This document shows positions 25,988-34,749 of a stretch of DNA of 64,000 bases, piece by piece. Below the pieces are notes generated by a model. It saw only the letters and a list, made by a program, of their open reading frames with translations, was not told the origin of the DNA and made no database searches. The DNA is from an uncultured archaeon (GTDB taxonomy: Archaea > Micrarchaeota > Micrarchaeia > Micrarchaeales > CABMGC01), in contig CAWBCT010000005.1 of the NCBI GenBank assembly GCA_963787445.1, positions 492,764 to 556,763 of the forward strand, in the 5' to 3' direction. The number at the start of each line of letters is the position of its first letter. The first letter of the stretch is position 1. The translations under genes and the position numbers were made by a program.

Positions 25988-27355
25988 TCACTTTCCCCAG
26001 AAGCAGCGGATCGTGTCGCTTGTGCCGTTGCGGCCGGCGTGCCCGAAGACGATCATGTAGGACTTGACCTCCAACTTCTTCGCCTTCTCGGCTACGAAAG
26101 TGTCTATCTGCTTCTCCTTCCTGAATGCGGGCATGTCCACGCCCTTTATCCCGTAATGCAACGCCATCGAGCGGCGGAGCTCCGGAACATTCGAGAGAAC
26201 AATTATCGCAGACCTTGGCCTGAGGCCTGAAAGGGTCTTTGCCGTGTTGCCCGTCCAGGTGGGTATGAAGATGCAGTCCATGGCGCAGCTGAACGAGATG
26301 CTCGCGGCAGCCACCGCCATCCCGTCGTGGCCTATTATCTCCTCCCTGGGCTCGAGCTCCGGGTTCGAGATCTTCCCCTGGGTGTAAGCGGCGATGCTCG
26401 AAAGGGCCTGCACCGCGTCCAGCGGATATGCTCCGACAGAGGTCTCATCGCTGAGCATCAAACAGTCAACCCGTGTCCTAACCGCGTTTGAGATGTCCGT
26501 CATCTCGGCACGGGTGGGCGTTTGATTCCTTGTCATGCTATCCAGCATCTGCGTCGCCACTATGACTGGCGTGTGCGTCTTCCTGCAGACGTTTATTATG
26601 TCATCCTGCACAATGGGGACCTGCTGGAAGTCGATGCTTAGCGCCATATCCCCGCGCGCTATCATCACGCCGTCCGAGGCCCTGGCTATGTTCTCTATGT
26701 CATCTATGGCCTCTTTGCGCTCTATCTTTGAGATAATCCCCAGTTTGCCCGACGCCTTCCTTGTCTTCCTGACGTCCTGGGCAGAGCTTACGAAAGAGAG
26801 CGCCACGAAATCCAGCCTGTTCTTCCTTGCAAACCTTATGAACCTTAGGTCCTCTTTCGTAGGTGGTTCTGCATGAACGGTCGCGCCCTTTACGTTTATC
26901 CCCTTCCTGCTCCCAATCCTGCCGTCCTGCAAGGCCTCGCATACGATCTTGCCGTTTCTCAACCTCTTGACAATCAAGGTAGGGTTGCCGTCCCCTATGG
27001 AGATCTCAGCGCCGACCTTCATCCCCTTGTAAATGTCAATCTCTATGGGAATGTCGCTGCCCGCCGCCCTATTCTCTTTGGCGAAGATAACCGTGTCGCC
27101 CTTGTTTATGTTGATATCCGCATCCAGCTTCGCAACCCGGACCTTCGGCCCCGGCAGGTCGCCGATTATGGCGATGTCCTTATCCAGCCTCTTTGCGACC
27201 TTGCGGATCTTCTTTATCGCCGCCAGCTTTTCGGCAAGGACGCCGTGGGAGAAGTTGAGCCTGACTATGTCCACGTACTTCAGGACCTCCACCAGCTTCT
27301 TTTCATCGTCTATGCTCGGCCCGTAGGTTGCGATAATCTTAGTTCTAAGCACCAA
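25988..27355 (-). CDS. pyk: pyruvate kinase
   Basis: RTKIIATYGPS, NFSHG, GPKVR and MIARGDMA are the canonical PK motifs. The start is TTG 27355 or GTG 27352. Confidence 0.9.
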   Translation of the reverse strand: MVLRTKIIATYGPSIDDEKKLVEVLKYVDIVRLNFSHGVLAEKLAAIKKIRKVAKRLDKDIAIIGDLPGPKVRVAKLDADININKGDTVIFAKENRAAGSDIPIEIDIYKGMKVGAEISIGDGNPTLIVKRLRNGKIVCEALQDGRIGSRKGINVKGATVHAEPPTKEDLRFIRFARKNRLDFVALSFVSSAQDVRKTRKASGKLGIISKIERKEAIDDIENIARASDGVMIARGDMALSIDFQQVPIVQDDIINVCRKTHTPVIVATQMLDSMTRNQTPTRAEMTDISNAVRTRVDCLMLSDETSVGAYPLDAVQALSSIAAYTQGKISNPELEPREEIIGHDGMAVAAASISFSCAMDCIFIPTWTGNTAKTLSGLRPRSAIIVLSNVPELRRSMALHYGIKGVDMPAFRKEKQIDTFVAEKAKKLEVKSYMIVFGHAGRNGTSDTIRCFWGK

Positions 27356-27508
27356 ATCGTATAACTGCTTGTTTGGATGCTTATAGCCTTTTCTACAGAC
27401 TCGTCATTAGACTTACATCTGAGTTCTGCAGTTGAAAGCTGTGAAAGGAAAAGTTAAAAAAGAAAATAAAAGAAAAAATAATCGAAAATCAGCGTTTACG
27501 CCCTAGCT

Positions 27509-27826
27509 TTACAGCTTCTCTCCTATCGCGAAGCGTGCGCGTACTTCGGTAATCTTGACCTTGACGGTGTCGCCCTGCTTCGCATCCTTCACGAAGATGA
27601 CGTATCCGTCTTTCTTTGCGATGCCGTCTCCCTTCGAAGCTGTTGCCTCTATGGTGAGATCCATCTCATCGCCTACCTTTACCGGCTTAGGCAGGAAGTA
27701 ATTCGGCTTCATGCTTGAGCCACGGTCTCCTCGATCGCGTCCGCCGCCTGAGCCTCTGTCTCCTCCATACCTGTCTTCTCTTCCGCTACTTCTTCCAAAT
27801 CCTTCTTCTTCTGACATGTTGTTCAC
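27509..27826 (-). CDS. TRAM-domain protein with Arg/Gly/Asp-rich N-terminal extension
   Basis: The C-terminal VKVGDEMDLTIEATASKGDGIAKKDGYVIFVKDAKQGDTVKVKITEVRARFAIGE is a TRAM domain. The N-terminus is GRSSGREDRYGGDRGSGGGRDRGDRG. Confidence 0.75.
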   Translation of the reverse strand: MNNMSEEEGFGRSSGREDRYGGDRGSGGGRDRGDRGSSMKPNYFLPKPVKVGDEMDLTIEATASKGDGIAKKDGYVIFVKDAKQGDTVKVKITEVRARFAIGEKL

Positions 27827-27922
27827 TTTTGTAGAATAAGCTGTTCGCTTTACTCTGATATCATTTATGTGTTTATCCTTTATAATCCTATCGGTTTGTC
27901 GTCTTTAACGGGAAGATGCAAA

Positions 27923-27940
27923 GCTACGCTCATGCGTAGC
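27923..27940 (-). terminator. hairpin downstream of the L1-L10-P1 operon
   Basis: Perfect 7-bp inverted repeat gctacgc/gcgtagc with a 4-nt loop, 25 nt after the P1 stop. On the minus strand it is followed by TTTGCATCTT. Archaeal termination usually relies on T-tracts, so its function is uncertain. Confidence 0.35.
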
Positions 27941-27964
27941 CTGCACCGTCAGTTCGAGCTTCAA

Positions 27965-28264
27965 TTATCCGAATAAGCTCGCCAGTCCGCCTGCCGCTTG
28001 CTCTTCGCTGACCTTCTCCTCAACGACTACCTCCTTCTTTGCCTCAGCCTTGCCGGCTGCTGCTGGAGCTGCGACTGCTACCTGAGCTGTCTGGGCGTGC
28101 TTTATCACATCCTTGATGTTCACACCCTTCAGGGAGCTGACTACTGCCTTGGCCATCGCTTTGTCAACCTCGATGCCAGCAGCCTTGACGATGCCTTCGA
28201 GGCTCGCCTCACTTATCTCTTTTCCTGCCGAATCGAGCAGGAGAGCGGCGTATATGTATTCCAT
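27965..28264 (-). CDS. rpl12: 50S ribosomal stalk protein P1 (L12e)
   Basis: MEYIYAALLLDSAGKEI...EEQAAGGLASLFG, the typical acidic stalk protein with its conserved C-terminal tail. Confidence 0.9.
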   Translation of the reverse strand: MEYIYAALLLDSAGKEISEASLEGIVKAAGIEVDKAMAKAVVSSLKGVNIKDVIKHAQTAQVAVAAPAAAGKAEAKKEVVVEEKVSEEQAAGGLASLFG

Positions 28265-28284
28265 TTTATCACTTCAGTATGAAT

Positions 28285-29139
28285 TTATGATGCCGGTGCG
28301 GCTGGCTCCTCCTTCTTTACCATTCCATCCAGGCTCTTCGCTCCCAGCGCTGCCATCTCTATCAGCTTCTGGGTTACCTCCCCTTCCGGTATCTTGGCCT
28401 CTACGCCAACCGCCAGCGCGCCCCTGAAGGCGCGGCCTATGAAGGTCTCTATGTTGTACTTTGTAACATAATTCATTGCAAGGCTCAGCTCCAAAGCGCT
28501 CCTGAAGCTCTTTGCGAGCTCCTCCTGCACGAACGGCCCGTTGATCTTGAATACCTGCTCCGTGAAGACCAGTCCCGTCTCATCCACCAGGGAGACCAGC
28601 TTGCCCTTCGCCTCGAAAGGCGCGATGTCGAGCATCTTGAGCGCCTTCGAGACCTGGGTGCTTATCTTCGCGCCCTTGGCCACGAGTGTCTTGCCCTTTG
28701 AGATTATTACCTTCCCTTTCTGTATCTGAACGTCAATTCCTGCAGCCTTCATGTCCGTGACAGCCTGCCCCGGGGCAATGCTCGTCTCTCCCGACTCTAT
28801 CTTGATGTCCTCAGGCGAGATCTGGTTCGGCTTCGCCAGCAGCCTTAGCTTGTTTGAACTTATGTGGTTGTAAAGGTCCATCGGGTCCTTGTTCGAGAGC
28901 ACTATCGCGACGCTTCCCGTTATGTACGGCTGCAGCTTCTTGAGGGGCTCTGTGTCGGTTATCCTCATGAGCAGGGTCTTCCTTCCGGTTATGACCATCG
29001 TGTCCGGCTTCAACCCGTTCCTGATCTTCTGGACGAGCCGGTCTGGAAGGGCGTCAATGGGCATGACACCGGCGATCTTGTACTTCTTCGCCTCCTTGTG
29101 CATCTTTTTGACGTATTCAATCTTTTCAGCCTTGATCAT
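28285..29139 (-). CDS. rpl10: 50S ribosomal protein uL10 (P0)
   Basis: 284 aa. Its position between L1 and P1 and its N-terminal uL10 region fit P0. The C-terminus is KKEEPAAPAS. Confidence 0.9.
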   Translation of the reverse strand: MIKAEKIEYVKKMHKEAKKYKIAGVMPIDALPDRLVQKIRNGLKPDTMVITGRKTLLMRITDTEPLKKLQPYITGSVAIVLSNKDPMDLYNHISSNKLRLLAKPNQISPEDIKIESGETSIAPGQAVTDMKAAGIDVQIQKGKVIISKGKTLVAKGAKISTQVSKALKMLDIAPFEAKGKLVSLVDETGLVFTEQVFKINGPFVQEELAKSFRSALELSLAMNYVTKYNIETFIGRAFRGALAVGVEAKIPEGEVTQKLIEMAALGAKSLDGMVKKEEPAAPAS

Positions 29140-29147
29140 AATGACAC

Positions 29148-29780
29148 CTACATCAGCCTTACCGGCTTCGACATGGTCAGCTTAACATACACCGACTTGA
29201 TGTTGTTCGCCCCTACCTTCTTCTTTATGCTCTCCATGATCTCGTTGACGTTGTTAAGTATCTTGTCGGCATCCATGTCCTCAGTTCCCACCACCGCGTG
29301 GACCGTGGGGAGGTACTTGCCCTTGCTCCTTATCATGACCCTCTTGCTCACGTCGCTGGCTATGGCTGTGAGCGAGTTGCCCGGCAGAAGCGGCCTTGGC
29401 ATCTTGTTGCGGGGTCCTAGGAACTGACCCATGGACTTCGCTATCGTGGGCATCAGGTTAGGCTGCGCGAATATCTCGTACTGAAGAAGGCCGTTCAGGC
29501 GCTTTGCGTCTCCCGCGACGGCGTCTATCTGGTTGCCCTCTACAATCTCGACGCCGTTCTTCCTGGCGTCCTCCATTATGACCTTGTCGTTTGCGAATAC
29601 GAGCAGCTTCTTTACCTTGCCCTTGCCGTTGGGGAGCATGACCTCGAGGTTCAGCCTGTTGTCCTGCTTGTTGAAGTCTATCCCCTTGAAATTAACCGCA
29701 AGCTCTACCGTCTGCTTGAACTTTCGCTTGCCCTTATTCTCAGCGAGATACTTGCTAAACTCCTCTAATGTTACAGCCAT
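29148..29780 (-). CDS. rpl1: 50S ribosomal protein uL1
   Basis: 210 aa. RKFKQTVELAVNFKGIDF...GKGK is the uL1 pattern. GGAGGGG lies upstream of the ATG. Confidence 0.9.
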   Translation of the reverse strand: MAVTLEEFSKYLAENKGKRKFKQTVELAVNFKGIDFNKQDNRLNLEVMLPNGKGKVKKLLVFANDKVIMEDARKNGVEIVEGNQIDAVAGDAKRLNGLLQYEIFAQPNLMPTIAKSMGQFLGPRNKMPRPLLPGNSLTAIASDVSKRVMIRSKGKYLPTVHAVVGTEDMDADKILNNVNEIMESIKKKVGANNIKSVYVKLTMSKPVRLM

Positions 29781-29847
29781 TGAAACCCCTCCTGCAGATT
29801 GCAGTGCGTACGGGAAAACACGTAATGTGTGCTATTAGTACGCCGAT

Positions 29848-29860
29848 AATATTTATATAG
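29848..29860 (-). promoter_or_regulatory. TATA box of the rpl1-rpl10-rpl12 operon
   Basis: Minus-strand ctatataaatatt lies about 70 nt upstream of the rpl1 ATG. This implies a roughly 45-50 nt leader. Confidence 0.4.
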
Positions 29861-30011
29861 CTTGCTGATGGGTCCCACAGGCGTATTGAGATTGTTTATA
29901 TTATTGTCCATCCATTCCTTAAGAAGCATTTAAATATCTTTATATTCAATTTATACTAGTTTAAGATTAAACCATGGTGCTATTATCGCAACTCACGCCC
30001 TTGACATCGAT

Positions 30012-30983
30012 GTGAAAGGCCTATCCAAGAGCTTCAAGGACTTCAAGGCCGTTGACAACATAAGCTTCAACGTCATCTCCGGCGAGGTGTTCGGGCTGCT
30101 GGGCCCCAACGGCGCAGGAAAGACAACCACGATAAAGATGCTGACAACGCTCCTGAAGCCCACCTCTGGCGGCGCCAAGGTTGCCGGTTTTGACATCGCA
30201 AATCAGAAAAATGAGGTCCGCAAGAACATCGGGATAGTATTCCAGGACCCCTCGCTGGACGACCAGCTGACCGGCCGCGAGAATCTGATGTTTCATGCGA
30301 TGCTGTATCACATAGACAACGCCTCTGCCAAGGAGCAGATAGCCCAGGTGATAAAACTGGTCGAGCTGGAGGACAAGGCAGACATCCTGGTGATGAACTA
30401 CTCCGGCGGGATGAAAAGGCGCCTTGAGATAGCGCGCGGGCTCATACACGAGCCAAAGGTACTCTTCCTTGACGAGCCCACCGTCGGCCTGGACCCGCAG
30501 ACGCGCAGAAAGATCTGGGACTACATAGTGGACCTGAACAAGAAGCACAAGACCACGGTCATACTTACGACCCACTACATAGAGGAAGCCGACTTCCTGT
30601 GCCAAAGGGTCGCTTTCGTTGACCACGGAAAGATCGTGGCGCTTGACACCCCCAAGAAACTGAAGAGCGACCTGGGAGGCGACATAATAACACTCCGAGT
30701 GGACAAGGACGCCGACAAGAGCGTCTTCAGCAAGAAGGAGAGCTGGATAAAGGGCGTGGAAAAGCCGGAGCCAAACACCTTCAAGCTCACGGTCGAGGAT
30801 GGGGAGAAGCGGATCCCTGCCCTTGTTGACATTTGTGAGGAACACAAGCTAGTGGTTGAGTCCGTGAACCTCCACAAGCCCAGCCTGGAAGACGTTTTCA
30901 TACACTTCACCGGCAAGAGCATCCGCGAAGAGTCGGGCGAAGGCGGAAAGGGCATGATGCGCCAGTTCGCAAAGACGAGGTAA
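30012..30983 (+). CDS. ABC transporter ATP-binding protein (DrrA/ABC-2 type)
   Basis: Walker A GPNGAGKTT, signature YSGGMKRRL, Walker B LFLDEPT. The start is uncertain. The frame is open upstream (..HGAIIATHALDIDV) without an ATG/GTG/TTG. Confidence 0.85.
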   Translation: MKGLSKSFKDFKAVDNISFNVISGEVFGLLGPNGAGKTTTIKMLTTLLKPTSGGAKVAGFDIANQKNEVRKNIGIVFQDPSLDDQLTGRENLMFHAMLYHIDNASAKEQIAQVIKLVELEDKADILVMNYSGGMKRRLEIARGLIHEPKVLFLDEPTVGLDPQTRRKIWDYIVDLNKKHKTTVILTTHYIEEADFLCQRVAFVDHGKIVALDTPKKLKSDLGGDIITLRVDKDADKSVFSKKESWIKGVEKPEPNTFKLTVEDGEKRIPALVDICEEHKLVVESVNLHKPSLEDVFIHFTGKSIREESGEGGKGMMRQFAKTR

Positions 30984-30988
30984 TTTTC

Positions 30989-31747
30989 ATGATAGACACA
31001 AAAGCGATATATACGATCTGGCTCAGGGAGATAAAGAGATTCCTGAGGGCAAAGTCGAGGATAATCGGACTCATAGTGATGCCGCTGCTCTTCCTGGTCG
31101 GCCTTGGCTACGGCCTGAACAGCTTCGTGCAACTTTCCAACGGGGTCAGCTACTTCACCTTCCTCGTGCCGGGCATAATCGGGATGACACTCCTGTTCAC
31201 GAGCATACAGGGCGGGGTTTCAGTGCTCTGGGACAGGCAGTTTGGCTTCCTGAAGGAGATAATGGTGACGCCCAACTCGCGCGTCTCGATAGTTTTAGGA
31301 CGAGTAGCAGGAGGCACCACAACCACATTCATACAGGGCATAATAGTGCTGATAATCGCCCTGCTGTTGGGCTTCCACTTTAACATAACTGCGGTTGCGC
31401 TCCTCTCGCTGGTATTCATGCTGCTTATAGGGATAACCTTCCTGAGCCTGGGCCTCGCTCTGGGATCATTCATGCGCGACTTCCAGGGCTTTGGAATAGT
31501 CATGATGTTCGTATCGTACCCTCTCTTCTTCCTCTCCGGCGCGCTGGTGCCCCTCACAGGACTGCCAGCTGCAGTCCAGGACATTGCCTACGCAAACCCG
31601 CTTACCTACGGGGTCGACGGGCTGCGCGGCGCGCTGCTCGGCATCTCTAGCTTCCCGATGGCCGTGGACCTCGGGGTGATGGTTGTCGCGGCCCTAGTCG
31701 CGCTTGCCGTCTGCACCTGGGCCTTCAGGTTCAATGAGGCAGGCTAA
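30989..31747 (+). CDS. ABC-2 type transporter permease
   Basis: 252 aa with six TM helices. It starts 5 nt after the ATPase gene, and GAGGT lies upstream of the ATG. Confidence 0.8.
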   Translation: MIDTKAIYTIWLREIKRFLRAKSRIIGLIVMPLLFLVGLGYGLNSFVQLSNGVSYFTFLVPGIIGMTLLFTSIQGGVSVLWDRQFGFLKEIMVTPNSRVSIVLGRVAGGTTTTFIQGIIVLIIALLLGFHFNITAVALLSLVFMLLIGITFLSLGLALGSFMRDFQGFGIVMMFVSYPLFFLSGALVPLTGLPAAVQDIAYANPLTYGVDGLRGALLGISSFPMAVDLGVMVVAALVALAVCTWAFRFNEAG

Positions 31748-31759
31748 TAATCGGCAATC

Positions 31760-32377
31760 TCAGAAACCAAGCTTCTCCTTCACTAGGATTACGGTGACCT
31801 TTCGCTGCATGAACGCCGGCTCCTTAAACAGTATTAGCAGCTTCGCGTACATGGTGCCTCCCATCCCAGCAGCCTTCATGCGCTTATCCTCAAGCGGGAC
31901 ACTGTACTCCTTTATGCGCTGCATGGCGTCATCCATGCTTTTAACTATCTTCTGAGTGCCAACGACCAACACTAGGTTGTGTGAACTGAATGCGTAGCCT
32001 GGCAGCTGGCTGCCCGATGCGCTCGCAGTAAGAAGCTCGCCATTTTCGGTTATCGCGTGCACGCTACCCAGCATGAAAGGGGCGGAAACGCTCCTTAATC
32101 GCAGCTCGTGCTGCTTTTGCGGATCCTTCTCCTTCACAATCTCCTCCTTCAGGTTCATCCACTTGTGGTTTCCGGATTTCAGCAGATCTGTGAATCCAAT
32201 CTCGCTCAGCGTAGTCGAACCGGCTGTCATTACCTCGGCTCCCTCCGGGACCAGCTTTGTGGCCTCCTCCAGCGCAGCCCTTCTGTCGTTAACTATGACC
32301 ACATTGAAGCCATTCGCCTTCAGCGCCGCCGCTGCTTTTCCAACACTCTCCTCATTCGCAGGTTTTGACCAGTCCAT
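31760..32377 (-). CDS. LUD-domain (DUF162, LutB/LutC-like) protein
   Basis: AAAALKANGFNVVIVNDRRAALEEATKLVPEGAEVMTAGSTTLSEIG...NLVLVVGTQKIV fits the LUD domain pattern. Confidence 0.6.
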   Translation of the reverse strand: MDWSKPANEESVGKAAAALKANGFNVVIVNDRRAALEEATKLVPEGAEVMTAGSTTLSEIGFTDLLKSGNHKWMNLKEEIVKEKDPQKQHELRLRSVSAPFMLGSVHAITENGELLTASASGSQLPGYAFSSHNLVLVVGTQKIVKSMDDAMQRIKEYSVPLEDKRMKAAGMGGTMYAKLLILFKEPAFMQRKVTVILVKEKLGF

Positions 32378-32421
32378 ATCATCACATTATTAAGTATAAA
32401 AAGAAAAAACAAAAATAAAAG

Positions 32422-32574
32422 CTAGTTGTTTTTCTTCAGCTGCTCTATCCGCTCCTGTACGGCCTTTGTCTCCTGCTCGAGCTCCTTCTTGTAGTCCGTC
32501 AGGGCGTCTATCTTCTCTTCCCTTGTCAGGAAGTTTCTCATTCCGCTTCCGCAACCTTCGTTTCCACAATACAT
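32422..32574 (-). CDS. small Cys-containing coiled-coil protein (50 aa), DUF5320-like
   Basis: Own translation: MYCGNEGCGSGMRNFLTREEKIDALTDYKKELEQETKAVQERIEQLKKNN. GGTG lies 5 nt upstream of the ATG. It is below the 60-aa cutoff of the ORF track and is divergent from the PadR gene. Confidence 0.4.
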   Translation of the reverse strand: MYCGNEGCGSGMRNFLTREEKIDALTDYKKELEQETKAVQERIEQLKKNN

Positions 32575-32621
32575 TTCCACACCTGTCCAATATAGGACAT
32601 CTTATATTGTGATATGCAAAG

Positions 32622-32635
32622 TATTTAAATATATA
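32622..32635. promoter_or_regulatory. AT-rich TATA region shared by the divergent PadR and small-ORF genes
   Basis: tatttaaatatata is centred about 27 nt upstream of the PadR ATG (32655) and about 55 nt upstream of the minus-strand small ORF. Confidence 0.35.
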
Positions 32636-32654
32636 GGCTATCCTATATATACTC

Positions 32655-32960
32655 ATGGAAAGGAGCGGCTGCGACATGAGAGGTATGCTCTCATTCCAGA
32701 TCTTGTGGCTGTTATCGAAGAAGCCGATGCACGGGGAGGCGTTAGCCGAGGAGATAGAGAAGAGGAGGGGCGACAAGCCGAAGGCTGGCACAATCTATCC
32801 CGCATTAAAGGAACTAAGCACCACAAAACTGATAAAAGGAAAGAAGTCCGGCAAGATAATTGTCTATACGATAACTCCTGACGGAAAAACTGTGCTTAAA
32901 CGGTCGGTGCGCTACTTCTGCAACTCATTTAGGGACGTGTTCGAGGATGAAGAGAGATGA
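32655..32960 (+). CDS. PadR-family transcriptional regulator
   Basis: MLSFQILWLLSKKPMHGEALAEEIEKRRGDKPKAGTIYPALKELSTTKLI is the PadR wHTH pattern. Confidence 0.8.
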   Translation: MERSGCDMRGMLSFQILWLLSKKPMHGEALAEEIEKRRGDKPKAGTIYPALKELSTTKLIKGKKSGKIIVYTITPDGKTVLKRSVRYFCNSFRDVFEDEER

Positions 32961-33634
32961 AGTCATCCGATTTCCATTCCATTGCCAATAGCCAGTCCTG
33001 GAAGAAAGGGTTAGCCCATCTCAGGAAAAGCGACCCTGTCCTGAGCAGACTAATAACTCGGCATAAAATTCCTCCGATAGAACTGAGAAAGGACCTCTAC
33101 GGTGCACTTATAAGGTCAATAATATTTCAGCAGATCTCCGGCAAGGCTGGCGCCTCAATACTCAAGAAGTTCAAGGGGCTTTACGGCAATTCGATCCCGA
33201 CCCCTAAAGAGTTCCTGAGCACTCCAGAAAAGAAGGTCAAATCAGCAGGGATCTCCCCACAAAAATACTCCTATCTTGTTGATTTATCCGAACGCATACT
33301 TGATGGACGACTCGAGCTTAAGAAGTTTCACAGGATGGACAACGACTCTGTTGTGACCGAACTAGACGAAGTTCGTGGAATAGGCAGGTGGACTGCGGAG
33401 ATGTTTCTGATGTTCGTGCTGGGAAGAACTGATGTGCTTCCCGTGGATGATCTTGGCCTGCAGAAAGGGCTCAGGAAGGTGTACGGCCTCAGGACTCTTC
33501 CATCAGAAGAGCGCTTCCGCAAGATAGCCAGCAGGTGGCACCCGTACTGCACCATAGCCTGCCTTTACCTGTGGAGAAGCATGGATGCGCCGGAACCCGA
33601 GAAGCCCAAAACCAAAGAGGATAGCTGGGCCTAG
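32957..33634 (+). CDS. HhH-GPD DNA glycosylase (AlkA-like DNA-3-methyladenine glycosylase II)
   Basis: IIFQQISGKAGASI, the HhH motif LDEVRGIGRWTAEMFLMFVLGRTDVLPVDDLGLQKG, and the catalytic Asp context. Confidence 0.8.
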   Translation: MKSSDFHSIANSQSWKKGLAHLRKSDPVLSRLITRHKIPPIELRKDLYGALIRSIIFQQISGKAGASILKKFKGLYGNSIPTPKEFLSTPEKKVKSAGISPQKYSYLVDLSERILDGRLELKKFHRMDNDSVVTELDEVRGIGRWTAEMFLMFVLGRTDVLPVDDLGLQKGLRKVYGLRTLPSEERFRKIASRWHPYCTIACLYLWRSMDAPEPEKPKTKEDSWA

Positions 33635-34735
33635 TCATCTGAACAGCTGGACCACTCCTATTACCAGCTCTATCACTATCAGCAGTATCACGACATACTC
33701 CAAAAGCACGTCGTAGTCGAAGTTTATCAGGTCTGCGACGAACGCGCGCTCGTCGTTTATCACGTCCAGGTCCTTCTCGAGCGAGCCCTTTATCTCTTCG
33801 AGCTTCAGGACCCTCTCAAACAGGGAGTAAACCCTTGAGAGGTACCACTCGCCAGTTCCGAAGACGGTGTCACTCACCTTGTTTATCACCGCCATGGTGT
33901 TATCGTAAAGAGTGCCCAGTTCGGAGTTAAGCGCCTTGGGTTCGTTGCTTCCAAGCCTACTGATGATTCTCTGCTTGCTCACCCTCTCGAGCACCTTCCC
34001 AGAGTTGTCTATGCGCTCCGACAGCAGTTCATGATAGATACGCATCTCAAGGAGCTGCAGGTTGGCTATCTCCGCCATGAGCAGCTCGTACTCGTGGGCA
34101 TACTCCTTGTCGAACATTATCGCGCTCTCCCAGCCCACGTAGAAGAGATTTGTCTTGTCATAGGCGATTGTATTGCTCAGCACCGAGGCCACATAGCCGT
34201 CATCCAGCTGGTCGGGCTCCTCCTCGTCTATGAGGAGGCCGGCTATCTGCTTTTTCTGGCTCGCCGAGATCTTCTCCTTCTCGTACTCAATGTAGTAGAA
34301 GCGATAGGTCTCTCTTGTGGCGCTGGGCTGGATCTTTGCCACCTTCGAAAGGTCTGACTCAACCTTCTTTCTTGCCTTCAGAACAACATCATTAACAAAC
34401 TCGGTGATCTTCTTGTCGAATGTCACCCGGTAGAGGTGGCTGTAGGATGCGTCGTTCAACTGGTATCTTACTCTGATGGACATCCCACCAAACGTGTAAA
34501 GCGCGACCTGCACCTTGAACAGGTGTTTCATCGCCTCCGTAGCAAGCGTTACGTTGTTTAGATTGAAGATTGCCGGGACGTTGAATGTGGAGATCTCTTC
34601 TGGTGAGGGCTTGTCGAACTCGTGCTTGGAGAAGTCCTCAGGGTTCTTCAGCAGCCCGTTAAGCTCCTCCTCAGTGAAGTGGACGCCCAGGTCGTACAGG
34701 AAGAGGTACACTATCTCGCTGTTCATAATCATCAA
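33635..34735 (-). CDS. hypothetical protein with C-terminal TM anchor, possibly RMD1/DUF155-like
   Basis: 366 aa. The C-terminal LLEYVVILLIVIELVIGVVQLF resembles the DUF155 tail. There is otherwise no clear motif. Confidence 0.4.
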   Translation of the reverse strand: MMIMNSEIVYLFLYDLGVHFTEEELNGLLKNPEDFSKHEFDKPSPEEISTFNVPAIFNLNNVTLATEAMKHLFKVQVALYTFGGMSIRVRYQLNDASYSHLYRVTFDKKITEFVNDVVLKARKKVESDLSKVAKIQPSATRETYRFYYIEYEKEKISASQKKQIAGLLIDEEEPDQLDDGYVASVLSNTIAYDKTNLFYVGWESAIMFDKEYAHEYELLMAEIANLQLLEMRIYHELLSERIDNSGKVLERVSKQRIISRLGSNEPKALNSELGTLYDNTMAVINKVSDTVFGTGEWYLSRVYSLFERVLKLEEIKGSLEKDLDVINDERAFVADLINFDYDVLLEYVVILLIVIELVIGVVQLFR

Positions 34736-34749
34736 TGCGCTAGGTTATC

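Noticed and set aside
32390-32791. 133-aa minus-strand ORF spanning the PadR promoter and 5' coding region.
   Set aside because: It overlaps the PadR gene and the TATA region and has no motif. It is replaced by the 50-aa ORF 32422-32574, which has an SD.
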